Positions 21,693-30,564 of a stretch of DNA of 64,000 nucleotides are shown here, in pieces; positions within the stretch are counted from its first letter, which is position 1, and the number at the start of each line of letters is the position of its first letter. The position numbers were made by a program, and so were the translations under genes. The stretch spans positions 160,001 to 224,000 of the forward strand of contig CAWDOD010000011.1 in the NCBI GenBank assembly GCA_963803805.1, in the 5' to 3' direction. The stretch comes from an uncultured cyanobacterium. Lineage in GTDB: Bacteria > Cyanobacteriota > Cyanobacteriia > Cyanobacteriales > CAWCAG01. The notes under the pieces are model-generated. The model was not told the DNA's origin, made no database searches, and was given only the letters and a program-made list of their open reading frames with translations.

Positions 21693-22638
21693 CTTTCACC
21701 AGTTGGTTAGCCTGGGAAACAGCAGGTGCTGATTTTTTGGCTTTAATTTCTTTAGGGTTAAGGGAACCACCAAACTTCATTAATTCGTACAGTTTGACCC
21801 CAATTTGGTATTCGTACTGTGCCAAAAGACGACCATAAATATACCCCGGTTTACCATCCAAAAATCCCAAGAAGACAAAGTAGAAGAGAATAAATCTAAT
21901 TAAAGGTTTGAAAGGAACGTAGCGTACCCAAATTCTTTTGAAAAAGCGTTTTCTCTCTGGTCCTTTACCGAAAGCTTTAGCTTCGATGCTGTCGCTATCT
22001 TGGCCGTTGAGAATATTAAAATAGACCCTTGCTTCCCAATTAGAATAGCGGTTGTGTCGGGCTAGCCATTGATAAATATCTCGGAAATCTTCATGGAGCA
22101 TATCTTCTTTGAGATAGCCTGTTTTTTCCATAATCACGTGTTCGTGAACTTCATTATCTCCAGTGTTACGGATATCTTCAGTTTTGAGATTTTCGTAGCG
22201 CCCTTTAGCGTGTTTGAATAAACGTAGATTCCAGTCAGGATATTTTCCTCCCCAACGAATCCACTTACCTAAAAAAAAGACCCTACGGTTAAGATAATAA
22301 CCATCGAAGTCAGGGTTTTGAATCGCTACAGCAATTTCATCCCAAAGTTCTGGCGTGATTCTTTCATCACAATCAACAATTAAGACCCATTCATTGTGAA
22401 AAGGCAAATTTTCTAATGACCAATTCTTTTTTTTCGGCCAGCTACCATTGAAATAGAATTGTACAACTTTAGCGCCGTAAGTTTCAGAAATTTCGATAGA
22501 ACGATCCTCACTTTGAGAATCCACAACAAAAATTTCATCCGCCCTAGCAACGCTTTCTAGACAAGCGGGAAGATTAAGTTCTTCGTTTTTGGCAGGAATT
22601 AAAACTGAGACTGGGACTGGTGCAGACTTAGAGGTCAT
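21676..22638 (-). CDS. Glycosyltransferase family 2
   Basis: VSVLIPAKNEE, VVDSQSED, DCDE (DxD), VHEH. Confidence 0.92.
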   Translation of the reverse strand: MTSKSAPVPVSVLIPAKNEELNLPACLESVARADEIFVVDSQSEDRSIEISETYGAKVVQFYFNGSWPKKKNWSLENLPFHNEWVLIVDCDERITPELWDEIAVAIQNPDFDGYYLNRRVFFLGKWIRWGGKYPDWNLRLFKHAKGRYENLKTEDIRNTGDNEVHEHVIMEKTGYLKEDMLHEDFRDIYQWLARHNRYSNWEARVYFNILNGQDSDSIEAKAFGKGPERKRFFKRIWVRYVPFKPLIRFILFYFVFLGFLDGKPGYIYGRLLAQYEYQIGVKLYELMKFGGSLNPKEIKAKKSAPAVSQANQLVKDESKV

Positions 22639-22692
22639 AGTTTTCAGATAAGAAGCATAGAAGAGTGCAAGGGAAAAATCTCTAATCTTTTT

Positions 22693-23358
22693 TTACTCGC
22701 TTAATTTACTGTGCATGATCACAAGGGTTTCTGATAAATTACCGAGGCGAGTTTCTAGCTCCTTTTTACGACTTAATAACAGCCGGAGTTTTTGGTAACG
22801 GGCGATCGCTACACTAACATTAGGAACTTCAGCCGGAGGACAAAGTTTTGACCATAATTGGCCACTTTCGTCTAAACCACAGAGTCGATATCCGGGACGA
22901 GGGGTTTCATAGGTGATATTGGCATCTAATAGTTCTTCGACATAATCCATCAATCTATCTGTTTGGGCTTTCCTAACCTCAGAGGAGCCTTCTTCAGGAC
23001 GACGATTATGGGATTCTAGCCAACCATCAACAATCGGTCCTTCTAAATAAATATCTTGGATTTGCCTAACAACTTTCTGAAGTTCTTTTTGCCAACGTTC
23101 CACAATAGCTTCAATATCTTTTAGCAAATTCATTGCTAAGGCAGGATTGGTGCTGTGATTGTGGCTGCTAATCTTGGGAGGCTTAAGTTTGGGTAAAGCA
23201 GGCATTTTTAAATCTTGCCTACTTTTGGGATCGCTAAGATCATCTACTGTGATCGTAAAAGATGGTGCTTTAGATACAGCAGAGCTTCCTTTAGTAGCAA
23301 TATTGTCTTGCTCTAATTGGTCGAGGGTTGTTTCTATTTGTTTCAATTCTGGTTTCAT
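22693..23358 (-). CDS. Conserved cyanobacterial hypothetical protein
   Basis: 221-aa ORF with EGPIVDGWLES and YRLCGLD motifs, coiled coils. Confidence 0.7.
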   Translation of the reverse strand: MKPELKQIETTLDQLEQDNIATKGSSAVSKAPSFTITVDDLSDPKSRQDLKMPALPKLKPPKISSHNHSTNPALAMNLLKDIEAIVERWQKELQKVVRQIQDIYLEGPIVDGWLESHNRRPEEGSSEVRKAQTDRLMDYVEELLDANITYETPRPGYRLCGLDESGQLWSKLCPPAEVPNVSVAIARYQKLRLLLSRKKELETRLGNLSETLVIMHSKLSE

Positions 23359-23455
23359 AAACTCTTCTATGCCAAGAGTGTTCAGTTGACAACTGGTGTT
23401 TTTCTACTTTACTAAATATATTTGTTATTGATAAAACTAATCACTGTTCTAACTT

Positions 23456-24016
23456 GTGAGCCTCAAAGAAGCAACAGCAAAAGAAATAATTTTGATTACT
23501 GGCCCAGCAAGTTCTGGCAAAAGTGAGTGGGCAGAAAAGCTTGCCCACCGAAAGAAGCAACCTGTCATCTATATTGCCACAGGCAACATAGATTCTAACG
23601 ATGAAGAATGGCGATCTCGCATTGCCAAACACGCTTCCCGTCGTCCTCCAGAGTGGGAAACGGCATTGGTTCCGGTGGAATTAGCTGCTAAGATTAGCTC
23701 TACATCAATTTCTCAGTGCTTATTGATAGATTCATTAGGTACTTGGCTAGCTAATATAATTTCTCAAGAAGAAAAGGTTTGGCAAGAAACAAAAGAAGAT
23801 TTGCTTAAAAGTTTGCAACAAACTCCTAGTAACCTAATTTTGGTTGGTGAAGAGACAGGCTGGGGCGTTGTTCCGGCTTATCCTTTGGGCAGAACTTTTC
23901 GTGATCGCTTAGGTAATTTAATTAGAGAAATTGGTGCAAGCGCTGATTTGGTTTATCTGGTAACAGGGGGTCATGCTTTGAATTTAACGGCTTTAGGTAA
24001 TCCTCTAGAAAAGTAA
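23456..24016 (+). CDS. cobU: Adenosylcobinamide kinase/adenosylcobinamide-phosphate guanylyltransferase
   Basis: GPASSGKSEWAE, YIAT, RIAKHASRRP, EETGWGVVP, FRDRLG. Confidence 0.92.
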   Translation: MSLKEATAKEIILITGPASSGKSEWAEKLAHRKKQPVIYIATGNIDSNDEEWRSRIAKHASRRPPEWETALVPVELAAKISSTSISQCLLIDSLGTWLANIISQEEKVWQETKEDLLKSLQQTPSNLILVGEETGWGVVPAYPLGRTFRDRLGNLIREIGASADLVYLVTGGHALNLTALGNPLEK

Positions 24017-24121
24017 CAACTTGGTAATTATCTTTAGGAATTCGGGCTAAATCAGCAGAATTAAGACAAAATGTAAATTAAGTAAAACAGTTAGTTACAA
24101 GACGCTCTTTCTTTATAATTT

Positions 24122-24532
24122 ATGGCATCAGAAGTAGAAGTTAAACAATATCTGGCTCATTGGTTTCAATTAGGCAAGAAAGTAATCTTAAATAATGCCA
24201 AAGAGAAGCTTTTACCAAATTCTGTCATCGCTGGCGATCACTACTCCCAGGCTTTTGAAGATTGTTGGCGCAAAATTTTGGCTGCGAATCAAGGGGATTC
24301 TTACCTAGAAGGTACAGAAGAAACCATCGCCGATTTGCTCTCTCCTAGTTGGGAGATTTCTTCTTGCGCTAATTGTGAAATGCCTGTCCCCACCAAAAGT
24401 TTAGGGGTTTCATCTCTACCCTGCCCTTGTCAAGATATCCCTAATTGGCCCAATACAGAAATTCCCCAACCAAGACTACCAGTCAGTAGTCAACAAAGTT
24501 TAAGCAGCATTCGTAAACGTTTAAGTCGCTAG
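24122..24532 (+). CDS. Conserved cyanobacterial hypothetical protein (Cys motifs)
   Basis: YLAHWFQLGK, YLEGT, CANC...CPC. Confidence 0.75.
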   Translation: MASEVEVKQYLAHWFQLGKKVILNNAKEKLLPNSVIAGDHYSQAFEDCWRKILAANQGDSYLEGTEETIADLLSPSWEISSCANCEMPVPTKSLGVSSLPCPCQDIPNWPNTEIPQPRLPVSSQQSLSSIRKRLSR

Positions 24533-24587
24533 TTGCTAATGGCTATTGGCTAGTGACAATAGTATTTTTCTTCCTACTCCCCACTCC

Positions 24588-25523
24588 CTAGTCCCTTCTT
24601 CTCGGAACTTCATAAGAAAAGAAATCATAAGCTAATTTGGTTTTAGGGAAAATTGCTTGGGCTTCTTGACGTAGATCGTTTAATCCAATAGCGTTTCCTG
24701 GGGCATAGCGGGGGCTAAAATGGGTCATGAGGAGTTGTTTTACCCCAGCCGTTAAAGCCACCTGAGCTGCCATTGTCGAGGTTGAGTGCATTCTTTCAAA
24801 AGCTAAGGGCGCGTCTTGGTGAGCGAAAGTTGCTTCGTGGATTAAAACATCGGCATCCTGGGCTAATTCTACAGCAGCTTCGCAAAAAACAGTGTCGGTA
24901 CAATAAACTACTTTACGGCCAGTTTCTGGGGGATCGCATAACTGGCTTCCTTTAATTTTGCGTCCATCTTCTAAAGTTACCGTTTGACCTTTTTTCAGTT
25001 GACCATAAATTGGGCCAGGGGGAATTCCTAATTCGGTGGCTTTTACTAGATTGAATCTCCCCGGTCGATCTTTTTCTACTAATCGATAGCCATAGGCGGG
25101 AACTCGATGTTTAAGTTTAAGACAACTTATGGTAAATTCTTGATCTTCAAAAACTATTCCAGGTTGGACTTGATGAACCTTTACCCGCCTGGAGAAGTCT
25201 GTATAAGAGTATTTGGAACAATCCAAAATATATTCTTTCAAGCCAGCAGGGCCATAAACATCCATCGGTTGAGCATTTCCGGCTAAACCACAACTAGCAA
25301 TTAACCCCATCAAACCAAAAATATGATCCCCGTGCATATGAGTTACAAAAATGCGTCGAATTTGAGATATCTTGAGGTCACTTTTAAGGAGTTGGTGTTG
25401 GGTTCCTTCCCCGCAGTCAAATAACCAAACTTCTGCTCTTTGGGGAAGGCGCACTGCCACACTAGAAACATTGCGTGATCGCGTCGGTACTCCTGAGCTA
25501 GTTCCCAAGAAGGTGATTTCCAC
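24588..25523 (-). CDS. rnz: Ribonuclease Z
   Basis: FLGTSSGVP, DCGEGTQ, THMHGDH, HEATF, HST, THFSPRY. Confidence 0.96.
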   Translation of the reverse strand: MEITFLGTSSGVPTRSRNVSSVAVRLPQRAEVWLFDCGEGTQHQLLKSDLKISQIRRIFVTHMHGDHIFGLMGLIASCGLAGNAQPMDVYGPAGLKEYILDCSKYSYTDFSRRVKVHQVQPGIVFEDQEFTISCLKLKHRVPAYGYRLVEKDRPGRFNLVKATELGIPPGPIYGQLKKGQTVTLEDGRKIKGSQLCDPPETGRKVVYCTDTVFCEAAVELAQDADVLIHEATFAHQDAPLAFERMHSTSTMAAQVALTAGVKQLLMTHFSPRYAPGNAIGLNDLRQEAQAIFPKTKLAYDFFSYEVPRRRD

Positions 25524-25854
25524 AGTATTATCAAAAACTTAATTGAATCTTTAATTTAATTCTATTATGTTTAAAAAGCTAACTTAATGGCTGCAAGATA
25601 CCCTTGACTTTTCTGTTGGGATTGGGGAACACTATCTTTCCGGTAGCCATCTACATCATTTAGCATCCGTGAAATCCATAGCATCATTCGACAAATTCAA
25701 GAAAATTCTGACTTAAGATACATGACTAATCTAAGATTAATTTGGAATATTCACTTCACAAAGAAAAAATTCTCGTTGAGATAACTTTTTCACACTAAGG
25801 CATTAACGTCGCGAAATTAGACCTCAAATCCTCTCAAGGAGATATTTAAAGATT

Positions 25855-27005
25855 ATGACATCCCAAGGTTTTTCTGTTTCTTTTACTTCATTACTCAAGC
25901 AACTGCTCCTTCTCGGCAGCCGTCATTGGTGGCTATCATTTTTAATTTGGATTGTTTTGGTGGGACCGCCCAAGCTGCTTTTGAATTGCGCGTAGCTATT
26001 AAGGATGGGGTTAGTCAGTTAGATGTCGGTAGTTCTACCCCAGCAGTAATTAAAAACGAAGCTGGACAAAAAATTGGTGAGATTAGGCCAATGAACTCGG
26101 TTACGGCTGTTTCTGAGGGTAATGGGATTAGTTTAGAGGGATATCAAGGTGGTCAAATTTGGATTGAACCAACCGGAGATGGCACTGTTTGGATCGGTGA
26201 TCGTTGGTATCGCGGTGATACTCAATTAGTTCCTAATGGTCAAGGAATTACTGCTATTAATCATGTTGATATTGAAGATTATCTTTATAGTGTGGTTGGG
26301 GCAGAAATGTATGCAAGTTGGCCACAAGAAGCTTTAAAATCCCAAGCTGTATCTGCCCGTACCTATGCCCTTTACCAAAGTGCTAAATCTAATAGCAGTC
26401 TTTATGATTTGGACACTACCACAGCAACTCAAGTTTATAAGGGTTTGAACAGCGAAACTAACACCACTGTACAAGCGGTTGATGCCACCAGAAATGAAGT
26501 TTTAACTTACAACGGAGAACCAATTTTAGCAGTTTTCCATGCTTCTTCTGGAGGTCATACGGAGAATGTAGAAGATATTTGGTCAAATCCTTTGCCTTAT
26601 CTCCGGGGGGTAGTTGATTATGATAATGATGCTCCGGTTTACCAATGGACAAAAAGTTTTAGCAAAGGGCAAATGAGTCAACTGATTGGTGGGGTAGGAA
26701 CAATTAGCTCTATTACTCCTGTTCAAGTTACTCCCCAAGGACGCATTGTCACCATGAAAGCAGTAGGTAGCAATGGTACAAAAGAAGTTAGCGGGGCGCA
26801 ATTACGCAAGGTCTTAGATTTACGCAGTACCCTATTTAGCATCTCTGCTACTGGGGATGGTTTCCAAGTTTCTGGGCGAGGTTTTGGCCATGGTGTCGGG
26901 CTTAGCCAATGGGGGGCAAGAAATTTAGCCCAACAAGGAGTTCAATACAATCAAATTTTAGGTCATTATTATCAAGGTACAAGTATTTCTTTACTGGAAG
27001 AGTAA
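25855..27005 (+). CDS. SpoIID/LytB domain protein, with an apparent 1-bp loss near 25962-25971
   Basis: YLYSVVGAEM, ALKSQAVSARTYA, QVYKG, GFGHGVGLSQWGA; the N-terminal hydrophobic leader from ATG 25855 (after AAGGAG) is in a different frame from the body. Confidence 0.85.
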
Positions 27006-27046
27006 GAATTGATTCGTCAAGGACTTAGGGGAGCAAAATAATCATG

Positions 27047-27096
27047 AGGTTAAGTAGTTTAAGCTCATCTTGAGGTGAGCTTAAACTACTTAACCT
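27047..27096. terminator. Long (~23-bp stem) hairpin downstream of spoIID and of the FGE/VR fragment
   Basis: AGGTTAAGTAGTTTAAGCTCATC-TTGA-GGTGAGCTTAAACTACTTAACCT, one G-T pair. Confidence 0.75.
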
Positions 27097-27118
27097 TGCC
27101 CATCCTGCAAAAAAATTA

Positions 27119-27383
27119 GCACTTCGCGCAAGCCCAAGGGCAAGAGGACAAAAAGGTAAAGGGCTAGGAAGTCCTGGGGGAAGAAAGGTAAAGGGCTAGG
27201 AAGTCCTGGGGGAAGAACGGGCAAGGCGAAACCGACATAGTTGAAACGGCTACCGGGAACGTTGAAGAAGCAACAAGCAGAACGACAAATCCAAGGATCG
27301 TTGAGCCAAGAACCACCGCGTCTAATACGGGAACGATTATCATTATCATTATTGTCAATTAACCAAGCACTTCCAGCAGAAGT
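27119..27383 (-). pseudogene. Orphan C-terminal fragment of an FGE-sulfatase/CLec-fold gene resembling a DGR variable region, plus its 3' flank
   Basis: GSAWLIDNNDNDNRSRIRRGGSWLNDPWICRSACCFFNVPGSRFNYVGF, then (one base missing) RLARSSPRTS*. Confidence 0.8.
27152..27215. repeat. Perfect 32-bp tandem duplication
   Basis: AAAGGTAAAGGGCTAGGAAGTCCTGGGGGAAG at 27152-27183 and 27184-27215. Confidence 0.95.
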
Positions 27384-27887
27384 AAAGTTTAACAAGCAAA
27401 GTGAGTTATGGCTAAAACCTTGCAACTGTGCTTCACAAAAATTGTATTTTGTCAAATAAACTTTTTCCCTGTTACATAACTTAATACGACTGCATGACCC
27501 TATTAAGCTGTTTGGAGAAGCGAAAGAATTTGATAACAACGCTAAATCAAGCTTTGGGGAGAAAAAACTTGATTTTAGTTATAAGAAACCAAAAATAGCA
27601 TGAGGTAATAATAGCTCAAAAGGCGCAATTGTGTAAATAAGGGTCTTGACAAAGGCAAATAATTTATTTTCGTGACATTTGTTTTTTCAATTTGTAAACA
27701 CCAAAAAGCTTAACAAAACTAATCCTTTTGGTTGTAGCAGAAAAACAAAAACAAAAGTACTTTTATAAAAAATATCGCACAGTCAATTAAAGGAATTTCC
27801 GATAAAGACTGCACGACTAATTTAGATAATTTTAACCACTACATTATCGACAAAGGGTATTTGTTTCTCAACCTGATCACCCCATAA

Positions 27888-29024
27888 TCACCTTTCTCCC
27901 ATACCCAAATAAGGAGCATCATGAACTCCGGTATAAACTTGAGTGGGGCGGAAGATACGGTTAACAGCGAGCTGTTCTTTCCAATGTGCTAACCAACCAG
28001 CTACCCTAGCGATCGCAAATATCGGGGTAAATAAATCTGTAGGAATGCCCAACTTACGATAAACCAAGCCAGAGTAGAAGTCTACGTTAGCATAAATCCC
28101 TCTGTGGCCTAGCTTTTCCTCCACTACAGATTCCAATTCCAAAGCCATTTCGTAATATTTATCCTCCCCAGTTTCAGTAAATAGCTTTTCCACCAAACTT
28201 TGCAGAATAATAGCCCTAGGATCTTTGACCTTATATACTCTGTGGCCAAAGCCCATAATCTTTTGCTTGTGTACCAAACAATTTTCTATATAGGGGCGAA
28301 CATTTGCCACAGAACCAATTTCTTCTAACATCTCAATAACTTCTTCATTAGCACCGCCGTGTAAAGGTCCAGCTAATGTACCTACCGCCGAAGCAATTAC
28401 TCCGTAGGGATCTGTCAAAGTAGAAGCTGTTACCATTGCCGAGAATGTCGAAGCGTTAATGGTATGTTCGGCATGGAGAATCAGACAAACTTCAAAGATT
28501 TTTGCGGCAATAGGATCTGGTTCTTGTTCTGTAAGCATATACAGAAAGTTCCCTGCATAACCAAGGTCGTCTTTTGGTTGTACCGGATCATGACCTTTAC
28601 GCATCAGCTTAAAAGCTGCTACCATCGTCGGCATCTTCGCTAGTAGCCTCACCACTGCTTCTCGAATATATTCTGGGTTATCCAAAGCACGGCGGGAATA
28701 GAACAAGCCTAAAGCTGCTGCTGAGGTTTGTAGGGCATCCATGGGGTGACTAGTCTCTGGGAAACATTTCATCATATCCCGAATGCGATATTTAATGCGC
28801 CGATGATGATTGACATCATATTTGAAAGCAGTAAATTCTTCTTCTGTGGGTAACTTGCCCCAAATTAGTAAGAAAGCTGTTTCTAGAAATGTTGACTTTT
28901 CTGCTAATTCTTCAATACGAATGCCGCGATACTCAAGAATACCCTGTTTGCCATCCACATAGCTAATATCAGACCGGGCTGCGGGAATACCTTCTAAACC
29001 TGGTTTATATTCACAAACTGTCAT
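27888..29024 (-). CDS. gltA: Citrate synthase
   Basis: HAEHTINAST, GPLHGGAN, MGFGHRVYK, ANVDFYSG; ATG at 29024. Confidence 0.97.
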   Translation of the reverse strand: MTVCEYKPGLEGIPAARSDISYVDGKQGILEYRGIRIEELAEKSTFLETAFLLIWGKLPTEEEFTAFKYDVNHHRRIKYRIRDMMKCFPETSHPMDALQTSAAALGLFYSRRALDNPEYIREAVVRLLAKMPTMVAAFKLMRKGHDPVQPKDDLGYAGNFLYMLTEQEPDPIAAKIFEVCLILHAEHTINASTFSAMVTASTLTDPYGVIASAVGTLAGPLHGGANEEVIEMLEEIGSVANVRPYIENCLVHKQKIMGFGHRVYKVKDPRAIILQSLVEKLFTETGEDKYYEMALELESVVEEKLGHRGIYANVDFYSGLVYRKLGIPTDLFTPIFAIARVAGWLAHWKEQLAVNRIFRPTQVYTGVHDAPYLGMGER

Positions 29025-29117
29025 ACTTCTACCAATAAGCGACAAAATACTTTTGAGATTATCTTGCTTTGATAAGGTGAATAGTGATTTTTACTACAAC
29101 TAGCACCTAGACAAACA

Positions 29118-29600
29118 TCAAATAATCCACTTAGGAGGGGTGAGTAGAAACAACTCACTATTGCCTACAGCAGGAGCAAGAGCAGGAAGTTTTAAACCAA
29201 TGACACCAGCTTTCTTGACAATTAGTTTTTCGGAATACTCACCCCAAACTAAAATCTCTGCCCAGTTACCTAAGTTAGGTTGATGACCTACCAAAGCAAG
29301 ATAGTTAACTTTATTATTATCATGCCAGGTAAGCCAATCTTGAATATTTCCCTCTGGTGCTAGGGGCGGAAATACTTCTGTCTTTGAGCTTAAACCCTCT
29401 TTTTGTAAGATTTTTGCTGTTTGCTTGGCCCTAATCAGAGGGCTGGTTAAAATTAAATCAAACTTTAGACCTTTTGCCAAAAGGTGTTGAGCCACTTGAC
29501 AAGTTTTTTTTTCTCCTTTCTTAACTAAGGGCCTCTCCTCATCATGAAGATAAGTCCCCCGTTCAGCAGCAATACCATGACGAATCAAGTACAATTCCAT
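29118..29600 (-). CDS. sixA: Phosphohistidine phosphatase SixA
   Basis: LIRHGIA, TSPLIRAKQTA, LVGHQP; upstream of gltA. Confidence 0.92.
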   Translation of the reverse strand: MELYLIRHGIAAERGTYLHDEERPLVKKGEKKTCQVAQHLLAKGLKFDLILTSPLIRAKQTAKILQKEGLSSKTEVFPPLAPEGNIQDWLTWHDNNKVNYLALVGHQPNLGNWAEILVWGEYSEKLIVKKAGVIGLKLPALAPAVGNSELFLLTPPKWII

Positions 29601-29612
29601 TTATTCAATGAT

Positions 29613-29636
29613 GCCTAACGGCAACGGCAAGCCGAA
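29613..29636 (-). repeat. 24-bp small dispersed repeat inserted at GATC, followed by a CAGTTAT heptamer array
   Basis: caatgat|GCCTAACGGCAACGGCAAGCCGAA|caatgat; removal restores GATC. Confidence 0.75.
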
Positions 29637-29666
29637 CAATGATCAGTTATCAGTTATCAGTTATCA

Positions 29667-30431
29667 ATGACACATACTATTGCTAGTTTTTATTATTTTA
29701 AAGAACTTTCTAACTGTGAGGAAATACGCTTAGACTTAGAATCTTTGTGCGCTCAACAAAACCTAAAAGGAACTATTATTCTTGCTTCTGAAGGAATCAA
29801 TGGCACTATGGCAGGTAATCGAGAAGAAATTGATACTTTACTAAGCTATTTGCACCAGGAATCTTATTTTCCCAACTTAGAAGTTAAAGAATCTTTCGCA
29901 GAAAAAAATCCTTTCCAACGGCTAAAAGTCAAGGTGAAAAAAGAAATCGTTACTTTTGGGGATTTAGTGAGCGATCGCACTATTAAAAGAGGAATTCCTG
30001 TTCAACCTCAAGAGTGGAACCAATTAATCAGTGATCCTGAAGTAACATTAATTGATACCCGCAATGACTATGAAGTTAGTATTGGCACTTTTCAAGGGGC
30101 AAAAGATCCTCAACTCAAATCATTTCAGGAATTTCCCCATTATGTCCAAGAAAAACTCCATCCCCAGAAGCAAAAGAAAATTGCTATGTTCTGTACTGGA
30201 GGGATACGGTGTGAAAAAGCTAGTGCTTATTTATTAGAGCAAGGTTTTGAAGAAGTTTACCAACTTCAAGGTGGTATTCTCAAGTACATCGAACAAGTCT
30301 CTCCCCAAGAAAGTAAGTGGCAAGGGGAATGTTTTGTGTTTGACGAGCGCGTCAGCCTAGACGAAAATTTACAACCAGGCACTTATAAACTTTGTCCAGA
30401 AACTGGTGAGCCGGTTTTGGGTAATAGCTAA
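29667..30431 (+). CDS. trhO: Rhodanese-domain tRNA U34 hydroxylase (TrhO/YceA family)
   Basis: EGINGT, DTRNDYE, FCTGGIRCEKAS, GGILKY, CFVFDERV. Confidence 0.9.
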   Translation: MTHTIASFYYFKELSNCEEIRLDLESLCAQQNLKGTIILASEGINGTMAGNREEIDTLLSYLHQESYFPNLEVKESFAEKNPFQRLKVKVKKEIVTFGDLVSDRTIKRGIPVQPQEWNQLISDPEVTLIDTRNDYEVSIGTFQGAKDPQLKSFQEFPHYVQEKLHPQKQKKIAMFCTGGIRCEKASAYLLEQGFEEVYQLQGGILKYIEQVSPQESKWQGECFVFDERVSLDENLQPGTYKLCPETGEPVLGNS

Positions 30432-30491
30432 TAGTTAATGGCTAGTGACTAATAGCAATGATTACTGCTGCCTACTCCCTGTTTAACTGAT

Positions 30492-30515
30492 GCCCAACAG
30501 CAACGACAAGCCGTA
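30492..30515 (-). repeat. Diverged 24-bp small dispersed repeat at GATC, followed by ATAACCG/GATCATT heptamers
   Basis: actgat|GCCCAACAGCAACGACAAGCCGTA|cattgat; 4 substitutions versus the 29613 copy. Confidence 0.7.
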
Positions 30516-30564
30516 CATTGATAACCGATAACCGATAACCGATCATTGATCATTGATAACTGAA

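Noticed and set aside
25587-25650. Imperfect hairpin between rnz and spoIID as an ncRNA
   Set aside because: Pairing is weak and bulged, with no recognisable family or terminator.
27152-27215. CRISPR array
   Set aside because: Two adjacent 32-bp copies with no spacer; no cas genes in the window.
27119-27383. DGR template repeat (TR) or complete DGR
   Set aside because: Variable codons are mostly non-AAY, so it looks like a VR, and no RT or avd gene lies in the window.
27090-27539. 149-aa ORF as a real protein
   Set aside because: It is chimeric: random-looking N-terminus, an FGE C-terminal fragment, then out-of-frame duplicated sequence. Treated as a remnant.
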